Below are positions 12,076 through 25,625 of a DNA stretch of 64,000 bases, piece by piece. The position numbers and the translations under genes were made by a program. Within the stretch, counting starts at the first letter, position 1; each line of letters begins with the position of its first letter. Below the pieces are notes generated by a model. The model did no database searches. It was not told the origin of the DNA and saw only the letters and a list, made by a program, of their open reading frames with translations. Source of the DNA: Mobula hypostoma (taxonomy: Eukaryota); NCBI RefSeq assembly GCF_963921235.1, contig NC_086107.1, positions 106,084,001 to 106,148,000 on the forward strand, written 5' to 3'.

Positions 12076-12896
12076 TGTGACGAAAAACCAAGTTATCAGA
12101 AGATTGATGCTAATGAGAGAGATAAGTGAGACAATGGAGAAACATTCAAAATGTTAATGAGAGAGGAGAAAGAGATAAAAGAAAGAGACACCAGTCCGAG
12201 TATTGACAGACCGATTGCTTTGAACCTGAACTGTTTGAAGTTTGATGGACAGGCGATACCCCAGCAGGGGGATAAAAAGAACAGGTTCGCTAAGGCACGA
12301 GACACCACGAGATCACGAGGCCCTGGAAAAGCGGTGAGCCCCACGAGTTGTTGGGAGTTGGAGGCCTGGTCGCGGGAACCAACCATAGACGCACAGGGTG
12401 AAAAGGGTACGATCGGTGGGAACCTGGTGTGTGTGTCCGCCCTTGCCTGGGTGCCGGGTTCACCGCGGAAGAATGGTCGTATCCGGAACGGAGGGGTGAC
12501 AGTCGGTGACCACAGAAGACATTAAAAGGGTTCGCCCGAAAGCTAACTGCGAAGAACAAAGGTCTGTGTGAATCAGATTTGCATATCATCCTCTCTCTCT
12601 CTCCCCCCAACGGCACAACAGCGATTACTGCGAACTGTACTAAGCTGAACTGAACTCTGCGTCACTTGAGACTGATCATTTTACCCCTAGACTGCGATAG
12701 AGCTTGTTTGATTCCTATTACCCTAGTTCTGTGTACGTGTGTTTTATCATTGCTAACCTGTTGCATTTATATCCTTACAATTAGAGTACCATGTTACTTA
12801 TTTCTTTAATAAAACTTTCTTAGTTCCAGTAATCCAGACTCCAACTAAGTGGTCCATTTCTGCTGGTTTGGCAACCCAGTTACGGGGTACGTAACA
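12076..12896 (+). mobile_element. Solo LTR (~821 bp) inserted in a Penelope terminal repeat
   Basis: Termini TGTGACG...CGTAACA, AATAAA at ~12808, flanks GATG/GAGG (4 bp TSD with 1 mismatch). The host repeat resumes after it. Confidence 0.8.
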
Positions 12897-13722
12897 GAGG
12901 TGATATTTGGGAGAAGTGAAGGTCTAAAGAAGAAGGAATCCAATAGGAGAAGACAAAGGACCATAATAAAAAGGGGAAGGAGGAATAAATAAATGTTATT
13001 TTGGTTTACTCTTAAAATATAACCTCAGCTATCAACAGAATCCAATGGGATAAGATTTACCCAAAAGGCTCCATGGACATGAGACTTCAGCTTAAGTTAG
13101 ACGGAGAACCTGGGGCAGGTCTCCATGAGGCAAGGTTGAGAGATTTACTGGAAATAAACTTGATCAAGCTTGGTTTAGAAAGATCAAATGTTGGCATTAA
13201 GTTGTTTCTCAGTATTTCTTCCACTCAGATTTTGTAGTCCCGAGGAAACCACAGGGGCCAGTGTAAGACTACAGACTCTTCTATAGATGGAGCAGCAGAT
13301 GGCAGTTTGGGAAAGGCTGGAAGAGATAACTTGTGCAGTGGTACACTTCTACCACTGTTTACAGAGGACTTGTGAGTGCACCAGATGCTGGACCATAATA
13401 TATCATCCTAAATGCTCCACATCCCCTTTCAAAATTCACAGGCCAGGGATTTCTTGAAGTCAGCAGTGGGTCCTGCATTCTCTTCACCCTTTCAAAAAGA
13501 CACTCGAATTTTTACTCAAGTCCACCTTAAGTTTGTTCTGGACTTTGTCACAGAGGAGACTGCTTCACAAGAGTAGAAGCAATGTGGCCTGCCCAACAGT
13601 GCCAACCAAATATAATTAGAGCCTCAGTACTCAGGATGTTGGCCTGAACGAGGGCACTAACGTTAGTTTGGTTACCCTGCCTTTTGCTCACTGCTGCCAG
13701 GGAAAGGTGCCCGAGTATAACA

Positions 13723-13724
<2 letters not shown>

Positions 13725-13770
<46 letters not shown>
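13725..13770. repeat. (CT)n microsatellite
   Basis: Direct dinucleotide run. Confidence 0.95.
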
Positions 13771-13774
<4 letters not shown>

Positions 13775-13814
13775 CTTGCTGCTCCTCAGAGAAAGTTCCT
13801 GCATGCAAACGATC

Positions 13815-14265
13815 TCTAATTGACAGCATCCTGACTGGCTGCATCATTGCCTGGTATGGGAACTGTACCTCCCTTAATTGCAGGATTCTGCAAAGAATGG
13901 TGTGGACAGCCCGGCACATCTGTAGTTGTGAATTTCCCACTATTCAGGACATTTACAAAGACAGGTGTGTAAAAAGGGCCCGAAGGATCATTGGAGACCT
14001 GAGTCACCGCAACCACAAACTGTTCAGCTGCTACCATCCAGGAAACGGTACCGCAGCATAAAAGCCAGGGCCAACGGGCTCCGGGACGGCTTCTTCCACC
14101 AGGTCATCAGTCTGATTAGCATGCTGATTTGAGTGTATTTCTATGTTACCTTGACTGTTCTATTTATTATAAATTACTAAGATTGCACATTTAAACGGAG
14201 ACGTAACGTAAAGATTTTTACTCATGAATGCGAAGAATGTAAGAAATAAAGTCAATTCAATTCAG
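13815..14265 (+). mobile_element. Rex1/Babar LINE 3' fragment
   Basis: Translates to IDSILTGCIIAWYGNC...LQRMVWTARHI. Ends in AATAAA plus an (ATTCA)n tail. Confidence 0.8.
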
Positions 14266-17120
14266 TTCTCTCCTTCAATGCTGTCAGAGGATGGTACTGA
14301 AGTTTTGGGTCTACCGTTTGTGGATTCGGCTGTAGCTCACATTATGATGTGCTTCTGGTCTCTCCTTTCCCCGTTGCTACTTTGGATGACGTTGAATTAG
14401 GATGGCCTGAAGATAATGAACACCATGCTTAAGTGAATATGGACTCTTTCAATTTTGTGTTTTATATTGTTTTTCACTTGTTCTTTCTTTGAGGATTTGA
14501 TTTTTTGCACGTGGGGGGGGTGATGTTCTTATTGCTGTTTGCGCAATTTTTTTTTGCACATGGGGGTGCTGGGGATTTTCTTTGAACGGGCTCCATGGTT
14601 TTGTTCATGTCGAGGTTGTCTGTGGGGAAGACAAATCTCAGGGTTGTATGCTGCATACATACTTTGATAATAAATGTACTCTAAATCCTTTTAAATCCTT
14701 CCTAGGAATTTGGTAAGCCAAGACAAGCTGCTCCCATTGGGAGATATTCAAAGATCTGAGGACACAGATTCAAAATGACAAAGGGCACAGAGCAGCTATG
14801 ATGTGGAAATTCCTGCAAAAGAAATACTTTGTTACAAGTGAATTAAGTACTTGCAGGAAAATAATTTGCAGGCTACGGGTGAAGTGGAACCAAATAACCT
14901 GCTCTAAAAAAAGTCAGTAGAAATTCAGTGGGTCAAGTTGGCTTTCTGATCCATAACGATTTAGATAATAGGAGGGAGTGGAGAGGTTGTGGAGGCAGAC
15001 ACTGGCAAGACAAAGTCAGGAATCAAAAGGTTAAACACGGCGTGACTAGTGTCCTGAGCTGCGTATATTTCAATGCAAGTAGTATCGTAGGAAAGGTGGA
15101 TGAGCTCAAGGCATGGATCAACACCTGGAATTATGACGTTGTAGCCATTAGTGAACTTGGTTGCAGGAGGGGCAGGACTGGCAGCTCAATATTCCAGGGT
15201 TCCATTGTTTTAGACATGACAGAGTGGAAGGGATTAAAGGAGGAGGGGTGGCTTTACTACTCAGGGAAAATATCACGGCAGTGCACTGTCAGAACAGACT
15301 GGAGAACTTGACAGTGAGGTGTTATGGGTGGAATTGAGAACTAAGAAAGGTATGACCACTTTAATGGGGCTATATTACAGACCACCCAACAGTCCTAGGG
15401 ATCTAAAGGAACAAATTTGTAAAGAGATCACAGACTGTTGCAAGAAACACAAGGTTGTGATAACAGGTGATTTTAACTTTCCACATATTGACGGGGACTT
15501 CCATACTGTAAAAGGACGAGATGGGATAGAGCTGGTCAAAAGTGTCCAGGAAAGTTCTCTTCAGTACATCGAAGTCCCAATGCTAGAATGTGTGATACTT
15601 GATCTGCTATTAGAGAATGAGACAGAGCAGGTGACAGAAGTTTGTGTAGGGGATCACTTTGCATCCAATGATCACAATGCCATAAGTTTCAAAGTAAACA
15701 TGCAAAGAGATAGGTCTGATCCACGGGTTGAGATTCTAAATTGGAGAAAGGCCAATTTTGATGGTATCAGAAATGATCTGGCAAGTATGGACTGGAACAT
15801 GCTGTTGAGTACTTGGAAAGTGGGAGGACTTCAAAAACAAAATTTTGAGAGTACAAGGCTTGTATGTGCCTGTCAGAATAAAAGGTAAAGATAACACGTG
15901 TTGGGAATCTTTGTTTTCAAGAGATAGGAAGCCCTGGTTAAGAAGGAGAAAAAAAAAGGACGTGCATACCAAGTATAGGCAAGCAGGAACAAATGAGATG
16001 CTTATGAAGTACAAGAAAAGCAAGCCAACACTTAAGAAATCAGGAAGGCTAAAAAAAGGCACGAAGTTGCTGTAGCAGAGGAGACAGAGAATCTTGAGGG
16101 ATTCTATAGGTATGTTAAGAGCAAAAGGATTGCTAAGGACAAAATTCATCCTTTGGAAGACCAGAATGGCAATCCATGTGCACAGCCAAAACAGATGGGG
16201 GAAGATCTTAAACACATTCTTTGCATCTGTATTTACTCAGGAGACGGATACAGAGTGAGGCAAAGCAGCATCAGCCTCATGGACCCTACACAGAATCCAG
16301 AAGAGGTGTTTGCTACTCTGAGGCAAATCAGTGTAGATAAATCCCCAAAGCCTAAGAAGGTGTTCCTTGGGACACTACAGGAGGCAAGTGCAGAAATTGC
16401 CAGGGCTTAACAGAGATTTTTAAACATCCTTAGCCACAGGAGAGGTTCCAGAGGACTGGAGAATAGTCAATGTTGTTCTGCTATTTAAAAAACTCTCTAA
16501 ACAAAAACTAGGAAATTATAGGCCGGTCAGTCAGACATCAGTTGTGGGATAGACATGGACTGATAGTCAACATGGCTTCGTGCAAGATAGGTCATGTCTA
16601 ACCAATGTTAGAGTTTTTCGAAGAAGTTACCAGGAAAGTGGATGTTACCTACATGGACCTTAGTAAGGCATTTGACAAGGTCCCGCACAGGAGGCTGGTC
16701 AAGAAGGTTCAGGATGAGGTTGTTAATTGGCTGAGACATTTGCTTTGAGGGAGAAGTGGTCATTGAGGTGTGCCTCTCTAACAGGAAGCCCGTGGTTAGG
16801 GGTGTGCCACAGGGATTGGTGCTGGGCCCTTTCTTGTTTGTCATCTATATCAATGATCTGGATGATATTGTGGTTAACTGGACTATCAAATTTGCAGATG
16901 ACACTAAAATTGGGGGTGCAGTGGACAGTTAGGAAGGACATCATAGCTTGCAGAGGGATCTGCGACAGTTGGATAATGGGCTGAAAAAAATTGCAGATGG
17001 AATTTAATGCAGACAAGTTCAAGTTTTTGCACTTCAGTAGGTCCAACCACGATAGGTCTTACACAGTGGGGAACTGAGGAACGTGGTAGAACAAAAGGAT
17101 CTGGGAATACAGGTACATAA

Positions 17121-17790
17121 GGAGGAGGAGAAGATAGCAGCGCAACGCAGCGCGCGCGGCCTCTCCGGTGATGATATCTGTAATCTGTCAAGTAGGAGGC
17201 CGTGCACAATTCTGATTTCATGGAGGCAGATGTGAGAGCACGGAGGAACATCTGGTGAAACTTCTGAAATGCCTGCTTCGCTGCTGCTGCTACTGTGTGA
17301 TCCGAAATCTCCAGAGGGGAAGGCCCCGAATCCTCGGCTTTGCCTGTTGCTTGGCGGCCGGGGTGGGGTCAAAACACTCGGCAGAGATGGTGCTCGGTGC
17401 TCGGTGTCGGAGGCTCGAAGTTTTCGGACGGACTCAGACTGTGGTTGGGTGCTTCCAGGATGCTGCATCGACAAGTTTGCGGTGCTGGAAGCTCATGGCA
17501 GGGAGAGTTTCTTCCTTCTACCGTCTGCGTGAGATGTTGTGGCTATCGGGACTTTTGAGACTTTTTTTTACCGTGTCCATGGTCTGCTCTTTATCAAATT
17601 ACAGTATTGCTTTGCACTGTTGTAACTATATGTTATCATTATGTGGTTTTTGTCAGTTTTAGTCTTGGTCTGTCTTGTGTTTCTGTGATATCATACCGGA
17701 GGGACATTGTATCATTTTTTTAATGTATGCATTTCTAAATGACAATAAACGAGGACTGAGTGTTCTCATAATCTAATCTAATCTAATCTA
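17121..17790 (+). mobile_element. ~670 bp non-autonomous non-LTR element with an (ATCTA)n tail, copy 1
   Basis: Closely similar to 31629-32315 and 60074-60704. CpG-rich 5' end, AATAAA and tandem tail. Splits a CR1 with a short ATAA duplication. Confidence 0.85.
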
Positions 17791-18019
17791 ATAATTCATT
17801 GAAAGTCGTGTCACAGGCAGATAGGGTCATAAAGAAAGCTTTTGGCACATTAGCCTTCATAAATTAATGTATTGAGTACAGAAGATGGGATGTTATGTTG
17901 AAGTTGTACAAGATGTTGATGAGGCCTAATTTCAAGTTTTGTGTACAGTTTTGGTCACCTACCTACAGGAAAGATGTAAACAAGGCTGAAAGTGTGCAGA
18001 GAAAATTTACAAGGATGTT

Positions 18020-18158
18020 CCGGGCCGAGACCCTTCAAAGGGTCTCAGCCTGAAATGTCGACTGTACCTCTTCCTATAGATGCTGCCTGGCCTGCTGCAT
18101 TCACCAGCAATTTTTATGTGTGTTGCTTGAAATTCCAGCATTTGCAGATTTCCTTGTG
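18020..18158 (+). mobile_element. Short Penelope terminal-repeat insertion with an inverted 5' stub
   Basis: 14 bp TSD TTTACAAGGATGTT at 18006-18019 and 18159-18172. Inverted junction GGGCCGAGACCCTT-CAA-AGGGTCTCAGCCT. Confidence 0.85.
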
Positions 18159-19003
18159 TTTACAAGGATGTTGCTGGGTCTGGAGGACCCAAGTTATAAA
18201 GAAACATTGAATAGGTTTTGTATGTATTCTTTAGAATGTACAAGATTTAGAGGAGAATTGATACAGGTATACAAAATTATGAGGAGAATAGATAGGGTAA
18301 TACAGGCAGACTTTTTCCACCGAGGTTGGGCGGGACTACAAGTAGAGGTCATGGGTTAAGGATGAAAGGTGGAAAGTTTAAGGGGAACATGAGGGGAAAC
18401 TTCTTCACTTAGAAGGTCGTGTGAGTGTGGAATGATCTATCAGCACAAATGGTCCTTGCAAGCTTGATTTCAACGTTTAAGAGAAGTTTGGATAGGTACA
18501 TGGATGTTAGAGATATGGAGGGCTATGGTCCAGGTGCAGGTCGTTGGGAGTAGGCAGTTCAAATGGTTTAGATGGGCCTGTTTCTGTACTGTACTTCTCT
18601 ATCAGGGCAAGCAGCTCGCCAATCGTCACCACCTCTTCTTTCTACATATATAAACTCAGTACAGTCGGGGCACTTTCGCTAATAACTTGGCCCCCATGGT
18701 ACTTATAAGTTTACATGAATCCTACAACCAAGCGTACTGAAACGGCCAGCCTGATCCCCATTACATTGTTGGCTCTGGGATCTTGTTGGGTTAAAAACGG
18801 CCGAGGAGAACCTATTGAGGCCAAAGCTACACCCACAGCCACCTGCCCATACTCACCAACCACCCTCTAAACCACCACGTCCCACAGCCATTCCAAAAGC
18901 CCCTCACCTCGGTAAACTATACAGAGTAAAGGCGAGGGGGCGTAAAACAAAGCATTTCCCAATAAAAAAAACCACCCTGCCCCCACTCAGCCAGGTAACT
19001 CAC

Positions 19004-19080
19004 CTCCACAGCCGCTCTCTCATTCAACTCAAGCCGTTGTTAGGGACAGGATCCGGGTCCTAGTAACAGCGGTCGACGGA
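19004..19080 (-). other. DNAL4: Probable non-coding exon 1 of DNAL4 (TSS approximate)
   Basis: Strong donor GAG|GTGAGT (ACTCAC at 18998-19003 on +) inside the only CpG-rich, TE-free promoter-like island upstream of the ATG exon. Confidence 0.65.
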
Positions 19081-19200
19081 AGTCCCGCCTGTATGTATGT
19101 GATTGGCTATTCCTATTCAGATTCCACTGGGCATTGGTTAGAATTACTGCTATTCACACCGCCTTTGCCGGGTGGGGCCTGCGGTCCCGCCTTCCTCTAG
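19036..19200 (-). promoter_or_regulatory. DNAL4 promoter: RFX X-box-like sites, ETS site, CCAAT boxes and GC boxes
   Basis: GTTGTTAGGGAC 19036-19047, GTCCTAGTAAC 19057-19067, CGGAAGT 19077-19083, GATTGGCT 19101-19108, CATTGGTT 19132-19139, and two CCCGCC. Confidence 0.7.
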
Positions 19201-20813
19201 AATTAACTGGCTGCTGCTCCAACATACGGAAAATGAGTGGATAATAGACCCATCAATCACTAGCGCCCGACCCCGGGGGGGTCCTTCGGTGAAGATTTAA
19301 CGAACGGCGAAAACATTCCAGCATTTGGATCAATGGATTGTTATCATAATTTTAACGTTTTGAGAAAGCATTCAGAAAATTCTTATTAGCTGGGGGTCGG
19401 AGTGTTGCCGAAGTGTAGTTCTGCGTCTTAGCAACCAGTTGAAGTACCACCTTTTTCCAAACGTTGATTGGTCAGTTTGGATGTCAATTTTACGAGAGGG
19501 TGGGACTGGGAGGGGCGAAAAAAGTTTACAATCAGAGTAGAAGTATGTCCCCATGTACTAAACTAAGATTCATTTTCCTGCGGGCATACTTAGCAAATCC
19601 ATAGAATAGTAGTAACTGTAACAGGATCAACCAAAGTGCCGAAGACAACAAAGTGTGCCAATACAAAAATATAATAATATTAAGTAAATAAGCAATAAGT
19701 ATCGAGAACATGGGATGAAGAAGCCTTGAAAGTGAATCCACAAATTGCAGGAGAAGTTCCATGATGGGGCAAGTGAAGTTATCCCCTTTGATTCAAGAGC
19801 CTGATGTCTGAGGGATAATAATTGTTCCTGAACCTGGTGCTGTGAGTCCTGAGTCTCCTTTCTGATTCCAGCAGCAAAAAAGAGGGCATAGCCTGGTGGT
19901 TGGGCCCCTGATGTGGATGCTACTTTCCTGCGACAGCGCTCTGTGTAGATGTGCTCATCGGTGGGGAGTGCTTTACGGGTGATGGACTGGGTTGCATCCA
20001 CTACTTTTTGTAGGATTTTCCATTCAAGAGCATTGGTGTTTCCATACCAGGCTGTGACGCAGCCAGTCGAATCTTCGCAAACTCCTAAGCAAGTAGAGGC
20101 AGTCCCATGCTTTCTTCGTAACTGCGCTGTGCTGACTAAGCACTTGGAAACTCATTGAAAGTCTTCTGGAATTCTGAGGTAGAAGGATAGAGGAAGAAAG
20201 CGGTTAGAAACGGGAGGAAGAGGGACGGTGAAATAAGTGGTCTGGGATGGAACGTAGGGTAGAAGATTGGATTGAAGAGAAAGGGGTGATGTGATAGAGG
20301 GGGAGGTGGGAGGATTTCATATGACAGAGAGGTGGGGAAGAGAAAGAAGGTTGATCATTGGTGGAAGGAGAGAACTGGGGTTAGTGGGGTGGAGTATAGA
20401 AGATCAAGGCAATATGGGATTGAGAATGAGATAAGGGGCAAAAGAAGAGATTGGGAGCTTGGAGGGAAGAGTAAAGTGGAGAAGGAGATGGGGAGAGTGA
20501 GATTGTGTCAGAATAAGGGTGAGGAGAGATCATGGAGGTCAATATGGTAAAGAGAAGTGAGAATGTAGGAGGTGGAGAAGAAAGATGTATAGAGGGGTGG
20601 GAAATATTGGAAAAGAGTGCAATGAGGAGAGGAAAAGGGAAACAATAAATAATTTTTGGATATCCCACTGTATCAAGGTTCATTATGATTTCATGTGACC
20701 ACGAGATGTAGGACAAGAGGTCTACCATATTGTCCCAAGTTTCATGAGTACACTGGGTATCGTGTTTGTTTTCTACATTGGCAATGGACTAAGTATAACT
20801 GGCTCTAAAGAAC

Positions 20814-22088
20814 TTAGAAACATAGAAAATCTACAGCACAATACAGGCCCTTCAGCCCACAAAGCTGTGCCAAACACATCCTTACCTTAGAACTACCTAG
20901 GCTTACCCATAGCCCTCTATTTTTCTATGCTCCATGTATCCATCCAGGAGTCTCTTAAAAGACCCTATCGTTTCCGCCTCCACTGCTGCCGTTGGCAGCC
21001 CATTCCATGCACTCACCCCTCTCTGCGTAAAAAACTTACCCCGACATCTCCTCTGTACCTACTTCCCAGCACCTTAAAAATATGCCCTCTCATTCTAGCC
21101 ATTTCAGCCCTGGGAAAAAGCCTCTGACTATCCACATGATCAATGTCTCTCATTATCTTGTACACCTCTATCAGGTCACCTCTCATCCTCCGTCGCTCCA
21201 AGGAGAAAAGGTCGAGTTCACTCAACCTATTCTCATAAGGCATGCTCCCCAATCCAGGCAACATCCTTGTAAATCTCCTCTGCACACTTTCTATGGTTTC
21301 CATGCCCTTCCTGTAGTGACGCGACCAGAATTGAGCACAGCACTCCAAGTGGGATCTGAGCAGGGTCCTATATAGCTGCAACATTACCACTCAGCTCTTA
21401 AACTCAATGCCATGATTGATGAAGGCCAATACACCATATGCTTCTTAATCACAGAGTCAACCTGCTCAGCAGCTTTGAGTGTCCTATGGACTCAGATCCC
21501 AAGATCCCTCTGATCCTCCACGCTGCCAAGAGTCTTGCCATTAATTCTATATTCTGCCATCATATTTGACCTATCAAAATGAACCATCTCACTCTTATCT
21601 GGGTTGAACTCCATCTGCCACTTCTCAGCCCAGTTTTGCATCCTATCAATATTCCACTGTAACCTCTGACAGCCCTCCACACTATCCACAACACCCTCAA
21701 CCTTTGTGTCATCAGCAAATTTACTCACCCATCTCTCCACTTCTTCATCCAGGTCATGTATAAAATCACAAAGAGTAAGGGTCCCAGAGCAGATCCCTAA
21801 GGCACACCACTGGTCACCGGCCTCCATGCAGAATATGATCCATCTACAACCACTCTTTGCCTTCTGTGGGCAAGCCAGTTCTGGATCCACAAAGCAAGGT
21901 CCCCTTGGATCCCATGCCTCCTTACTTTCTCAATAAGCCTTGCATGGGGTACCTTATCAAATGCCTTGCTAAAATCCATATACACTACATCTATGGCTCT
22001 GCCTTCATCAATGTGTTTAGTCACATCCTCAAAAAATTCAATCAGGCTCGTAAGGCACGACCTGCCTTTGACAAAGCCATGCTGACTA
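20814..22088 (-). mobile_element. CR1 LINE, 5'-truncated
   Basis: Motifs DVVYMDFSKAFDKVPH, KFADDTK and LYRTLLRSHLECCAQFWS, with a TTTCTATG-type tail. Confidence 0.92.
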
Positions 22089-23369
22089 TAACTTCTGGGT
22101 TAGTAGACTAAAAAAACATATCAGATTTCCATAAGATCATAAATTTTAGGAGTAGAATTAGGCCATTTGGCCCATCGAGTCTGCTCCACCATTTGGTCAT
22201 GATTTATTTTCCCATCTCAACCCTAATCTCCTGCCTTCTCTATGCAATCTTGGATGCCCTTACTAATCAAGAACCTATCAACCTCTACTTCAAATATACC
22301 CAATGACTTGACTTCCACAGGCATCTATGGCAACTAAATGCGCAGATTCATCACCCTTTAACTAAAGAAATTTCTCTTCATCTCTGTTCTAAACGGACAT
22401 CTTTCTATTCTGAGACTGTGCCGTCTGGTCCTAGGTTCACCCACTATGGGAAATATACTCTCCACGTCCACTCTGAATAGGCCTTTCAATATCCTATAGC
22501 TTTCAGTAAGATTCTCTCACCAGCCTCCCCCCCCCCACATTCCTTCTAAACTCCAGAGCCATCAAGCTCTCCGCATATGTTAACCCTTTCATTCCTAAAA
22601 TCATTCTCGTGAGCCTCCTCTAGGCCCTTCTCGAACTTTCTCAATATCAATCTCATAGAGAGATACCACACAGAAACGAGCCCTTGGGTCCATGGAGTCC
22701 GCACCAGCATTCAGCCACTCATTTTTACTAATCCTACATTAATCCCAATTCTTTATTTGTATACCTCAGATTTTATTGCTTCTTACCTATACATTGGGAG
22801 AAAATAACATTGGCCAATTAAGACGTCTCCCAATAGAAAGCAATGGCAAACCACTATCATGGAAAAAATTACCAAGAACAGTCATGGTCATAGGAAGACC
22901 ATGATCGCCCACGTCTTACGACATGGCACATAACGAATGAACAAATCAATCTGTTAACCATCGAGATGTGGGAGGAAACCAGACCACCCAGAGGAATCCC
23001 ACACCATCTTACAATCAGGCTAAACCTGTAAATTCCACAGGGACAACACTGAGCTCAGGATTCATCCCTGGTCTTTGGTTCCACCAGCTGACTGGTGTGT
23101 GTTCTCCAAACTTCCCCTTCTTGAAGTCCACAGTCAGTCCCTGAGTCTTGCTGATGCTGAGGTTGTTGTTGCAACACCACTCAATTAACCAATCTATCTC
23201 ACTCCTGTACACCTCCTTACCATCATCTTAGATTCTACCAACAACAGAGGTGTCATTGGCAAATTTATAGCTGGCTTTTGAGCCATAGCTAGCCACTCAG
23301 TCATGAGTGTAGAGAGAGTAGAGCATTGGGTGAAGCACACGCCCTTGAGATGTGTGTGTTGATAGCCTC

Positions 23370-23886
23370 TGTAGCAGCAATCTTTGGGTTTTGACTAGAG
23401 ATAACGGGGCTTTGGAATGCAGGGGCTATCCAATGGGAGAAATGTTGTTCTTTCTTGTGTGTTTGGGAGCCGGGTATTTCGCGGTCTTTCGTCGGGGAGC
23501 GATGGAGAGAGAGGACGCGAATGGAGAGAGTCAGTAGACCACCGGGCAGAGTGGACTGAGGAGCAAGGGTCCGAGGGCCAGCTACGCTTGGAGGTCGGCG
23601 GGAACAAATGAACAAACAGTAAGCTCCAACGATGCGCAATAGACTGATTCATGAGAATGGGCCCTTTTCGTTTTTTTTGTTTCTTTACTAACCATATAGT
23701 CAAATTAAGAATTATAAAGATCAATCGTTTAATCGCATATGGTGTACTGTTTGATATTTTGCGGTGCGGATTTGTAACCGGGCAACACATCACGCAGCAT
23801 CCACACAAACGAGATTTCTCAGTTTGGCGGGGCCAGGAATTGTTTTCCCCTAGACAAACACATGCTGGTTGAGCCTGAGGGTTACA
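23370..23886 (+). mobile_element. Probable solo LTR (~517 bp)
   Basis: Termini TGTAGC...GTTACA, CpG-rich, flanked by Rex1 fragments. No TSD match. Confidence 0.6.
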
Positions 23887-24985
23887 CGTATATTGAGTAG
23901 GTTAAAATCATGCAAAAAACGGAAATAATTGTATATTAATAAAGTGAGGTAGTGTTCACAGGTTCAATGCCCATTTAGGAAATGGATGGCAGAGGGGAAG
24001 AAGCTGTTCCTGAATCGCTGAGTGTGTGCCTTCAGGCTTCTGTACCTCCTACCTGATGGTAACAATGAGAAAAGGGCATGCCCTGGGTGCTGGAGGTCCT
24101 TAATAATGGATGCTGCCTTTCTGCGGTACCGCTCCTTGAAGATATCTTGGGTACTTTGTAGGCTAGTACCCAAGTTGGAGCCGACTAAACTTACAACCCT
24201 CTGCAGCTTCTTTCGGTCCTATGCAGTAGTCCCCCCATACCAGACAGTGATGCAGCCTGTCAGAATGCTCTCCATGGTACATCTATAGAAGTTTTTGAGT
24301 GTATTTGTTGACATACTAAATCTCTTCAAATTCCTAATGAAGTATAGTCACTGTCTTGCCTTCTTTATAATTGCATCGATATGTTAGGACCAGGCTCAAA
24401 CTTTACAACTTCTCCCTTGGAGAATCAGACACCCTGAGCCAATAGGCTGGTCCTGGACTTATTTCCTAGCACAATTTACATATTTGCATATTACTATTTA
24501 ACTATTTTTGGTTTTATTACTATTTATTATTTATGGTGCAATTGTAACGAAAACCCGGGATCAATAAAGTATGACTATGACTATGAAATCCTCAGAGATC
24601 TTGACACCCAGGAACTTGAAACTGCTCACTTTCTGCACTTCTGATCCCTCTATGAGGATTGGTATGTGTTCCTTTGACCTACCCTTCCTGAAGTCCACAA
24701 TCAGCTCTTTCATCTTACTGACGTCGAGCGCCAGGTTATTGCTGTGACACCATTCCACTAGTTGGCATATCTCGCTCCTGTATGCCCTCTCGTCACCATC
24801 TGAGATTCTACCAACAATGGTTATATCATAAGCAAATGTATAGATGGTATTTGAGCTATGCCTAGCCACACAGTCATGGGTATAGAGAGAGTAGAGCAGT
24901 GGGCTAAGCACACACTCCTGAGGTGTACCAGTGTTGATCGTCAATGAGGAGGAGATATTATCACCAATCCACACAGATTGTGCAG
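23887..24985 (-). mobile_element. Rex1/Babar LINE, 5'-truncated, with an opposite-strand Rex1 3' tail inserted at ~24396-24585
   Basis: Motifs [38 protein letters not shown] and LLPSGRRYRSL. Confidence 0.88.
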
Positions 24986-25189
24986 ATCAGTGATAATAAT
25001 AACACCTCGGGATTTAAAGTTGCCAACCTTCTCCACCTCTGATCCCCTGATGACGACTGGCTCATGTATATCTGGTTTCCTTCTCCTGAGGTCTATAATC
25101 AGCTCCTTGGTCTTGCTGACACTGGGGGAGAGGTTGCTGTTTTGACACCACGCGGCCAGATTTTCGAACAGTAGCCAGGTCAGCAGTAG

Positions 25190-25625
25190 AAAGAGTGAGC
25201 AGCTTTAAGTTCCTGGCGGTCATTACCTTAGAGGATCTGTCCTGGGCCCAATATATCTATGGAATCACAAAGGAGGCATGCCTGTGCATTAGGGGTTTGA
25301 GAAGATTTAGTATGTCATCAAAGACTCTCACAAATTTACATGGGTTTATGGTGGAGAGCGTTCAAATTGGTTGCCTCAAAGCCTGGTATGAAGTTTGTCC
25401 AGTGCATAGGGATCGCAAGAGGCTGCAGAGGGTCATGGACGCTACCAGATTCATTACAGGCACAACCTTCCCCACCAACAAGAGCATCTTCAAGAACCGG
25501 TGCCTCAAGAAGGTGGCAACCATCACTGAGTACCCTCAGCACCCGGGACATGCCCTCTTCTCACTACTACCATCAGGGAGAGGTCCAGGAGCCCTCAGAC
25601 CCCTATTCCCAGATTCTGAAGACCC
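25190..25625 (+). mobile_element. Rex1/Babar LINE fragment
   Basis: SSFKFLAVITLEDLSWAQ...HPGHALFSLLPSGR. Confidence 0.8.

Larger units (their letters stand above)
15040..18600 (+). mobile_element. Decayed CR1 LINE ORF2 (APE + RT) and 3' end, in DNAL4 intron 1; interrupted at 17121-17790 and 18020-18158
   Basis: Motifs CVYFNASSIVGK, GLYYRPPNS, GDFNFPHID, SNDHNAI, NYRPVS, DLSKAFDKVPH, GVPQG and KFADDTK, with many stops and frameshifts. Confidence 0.92.
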
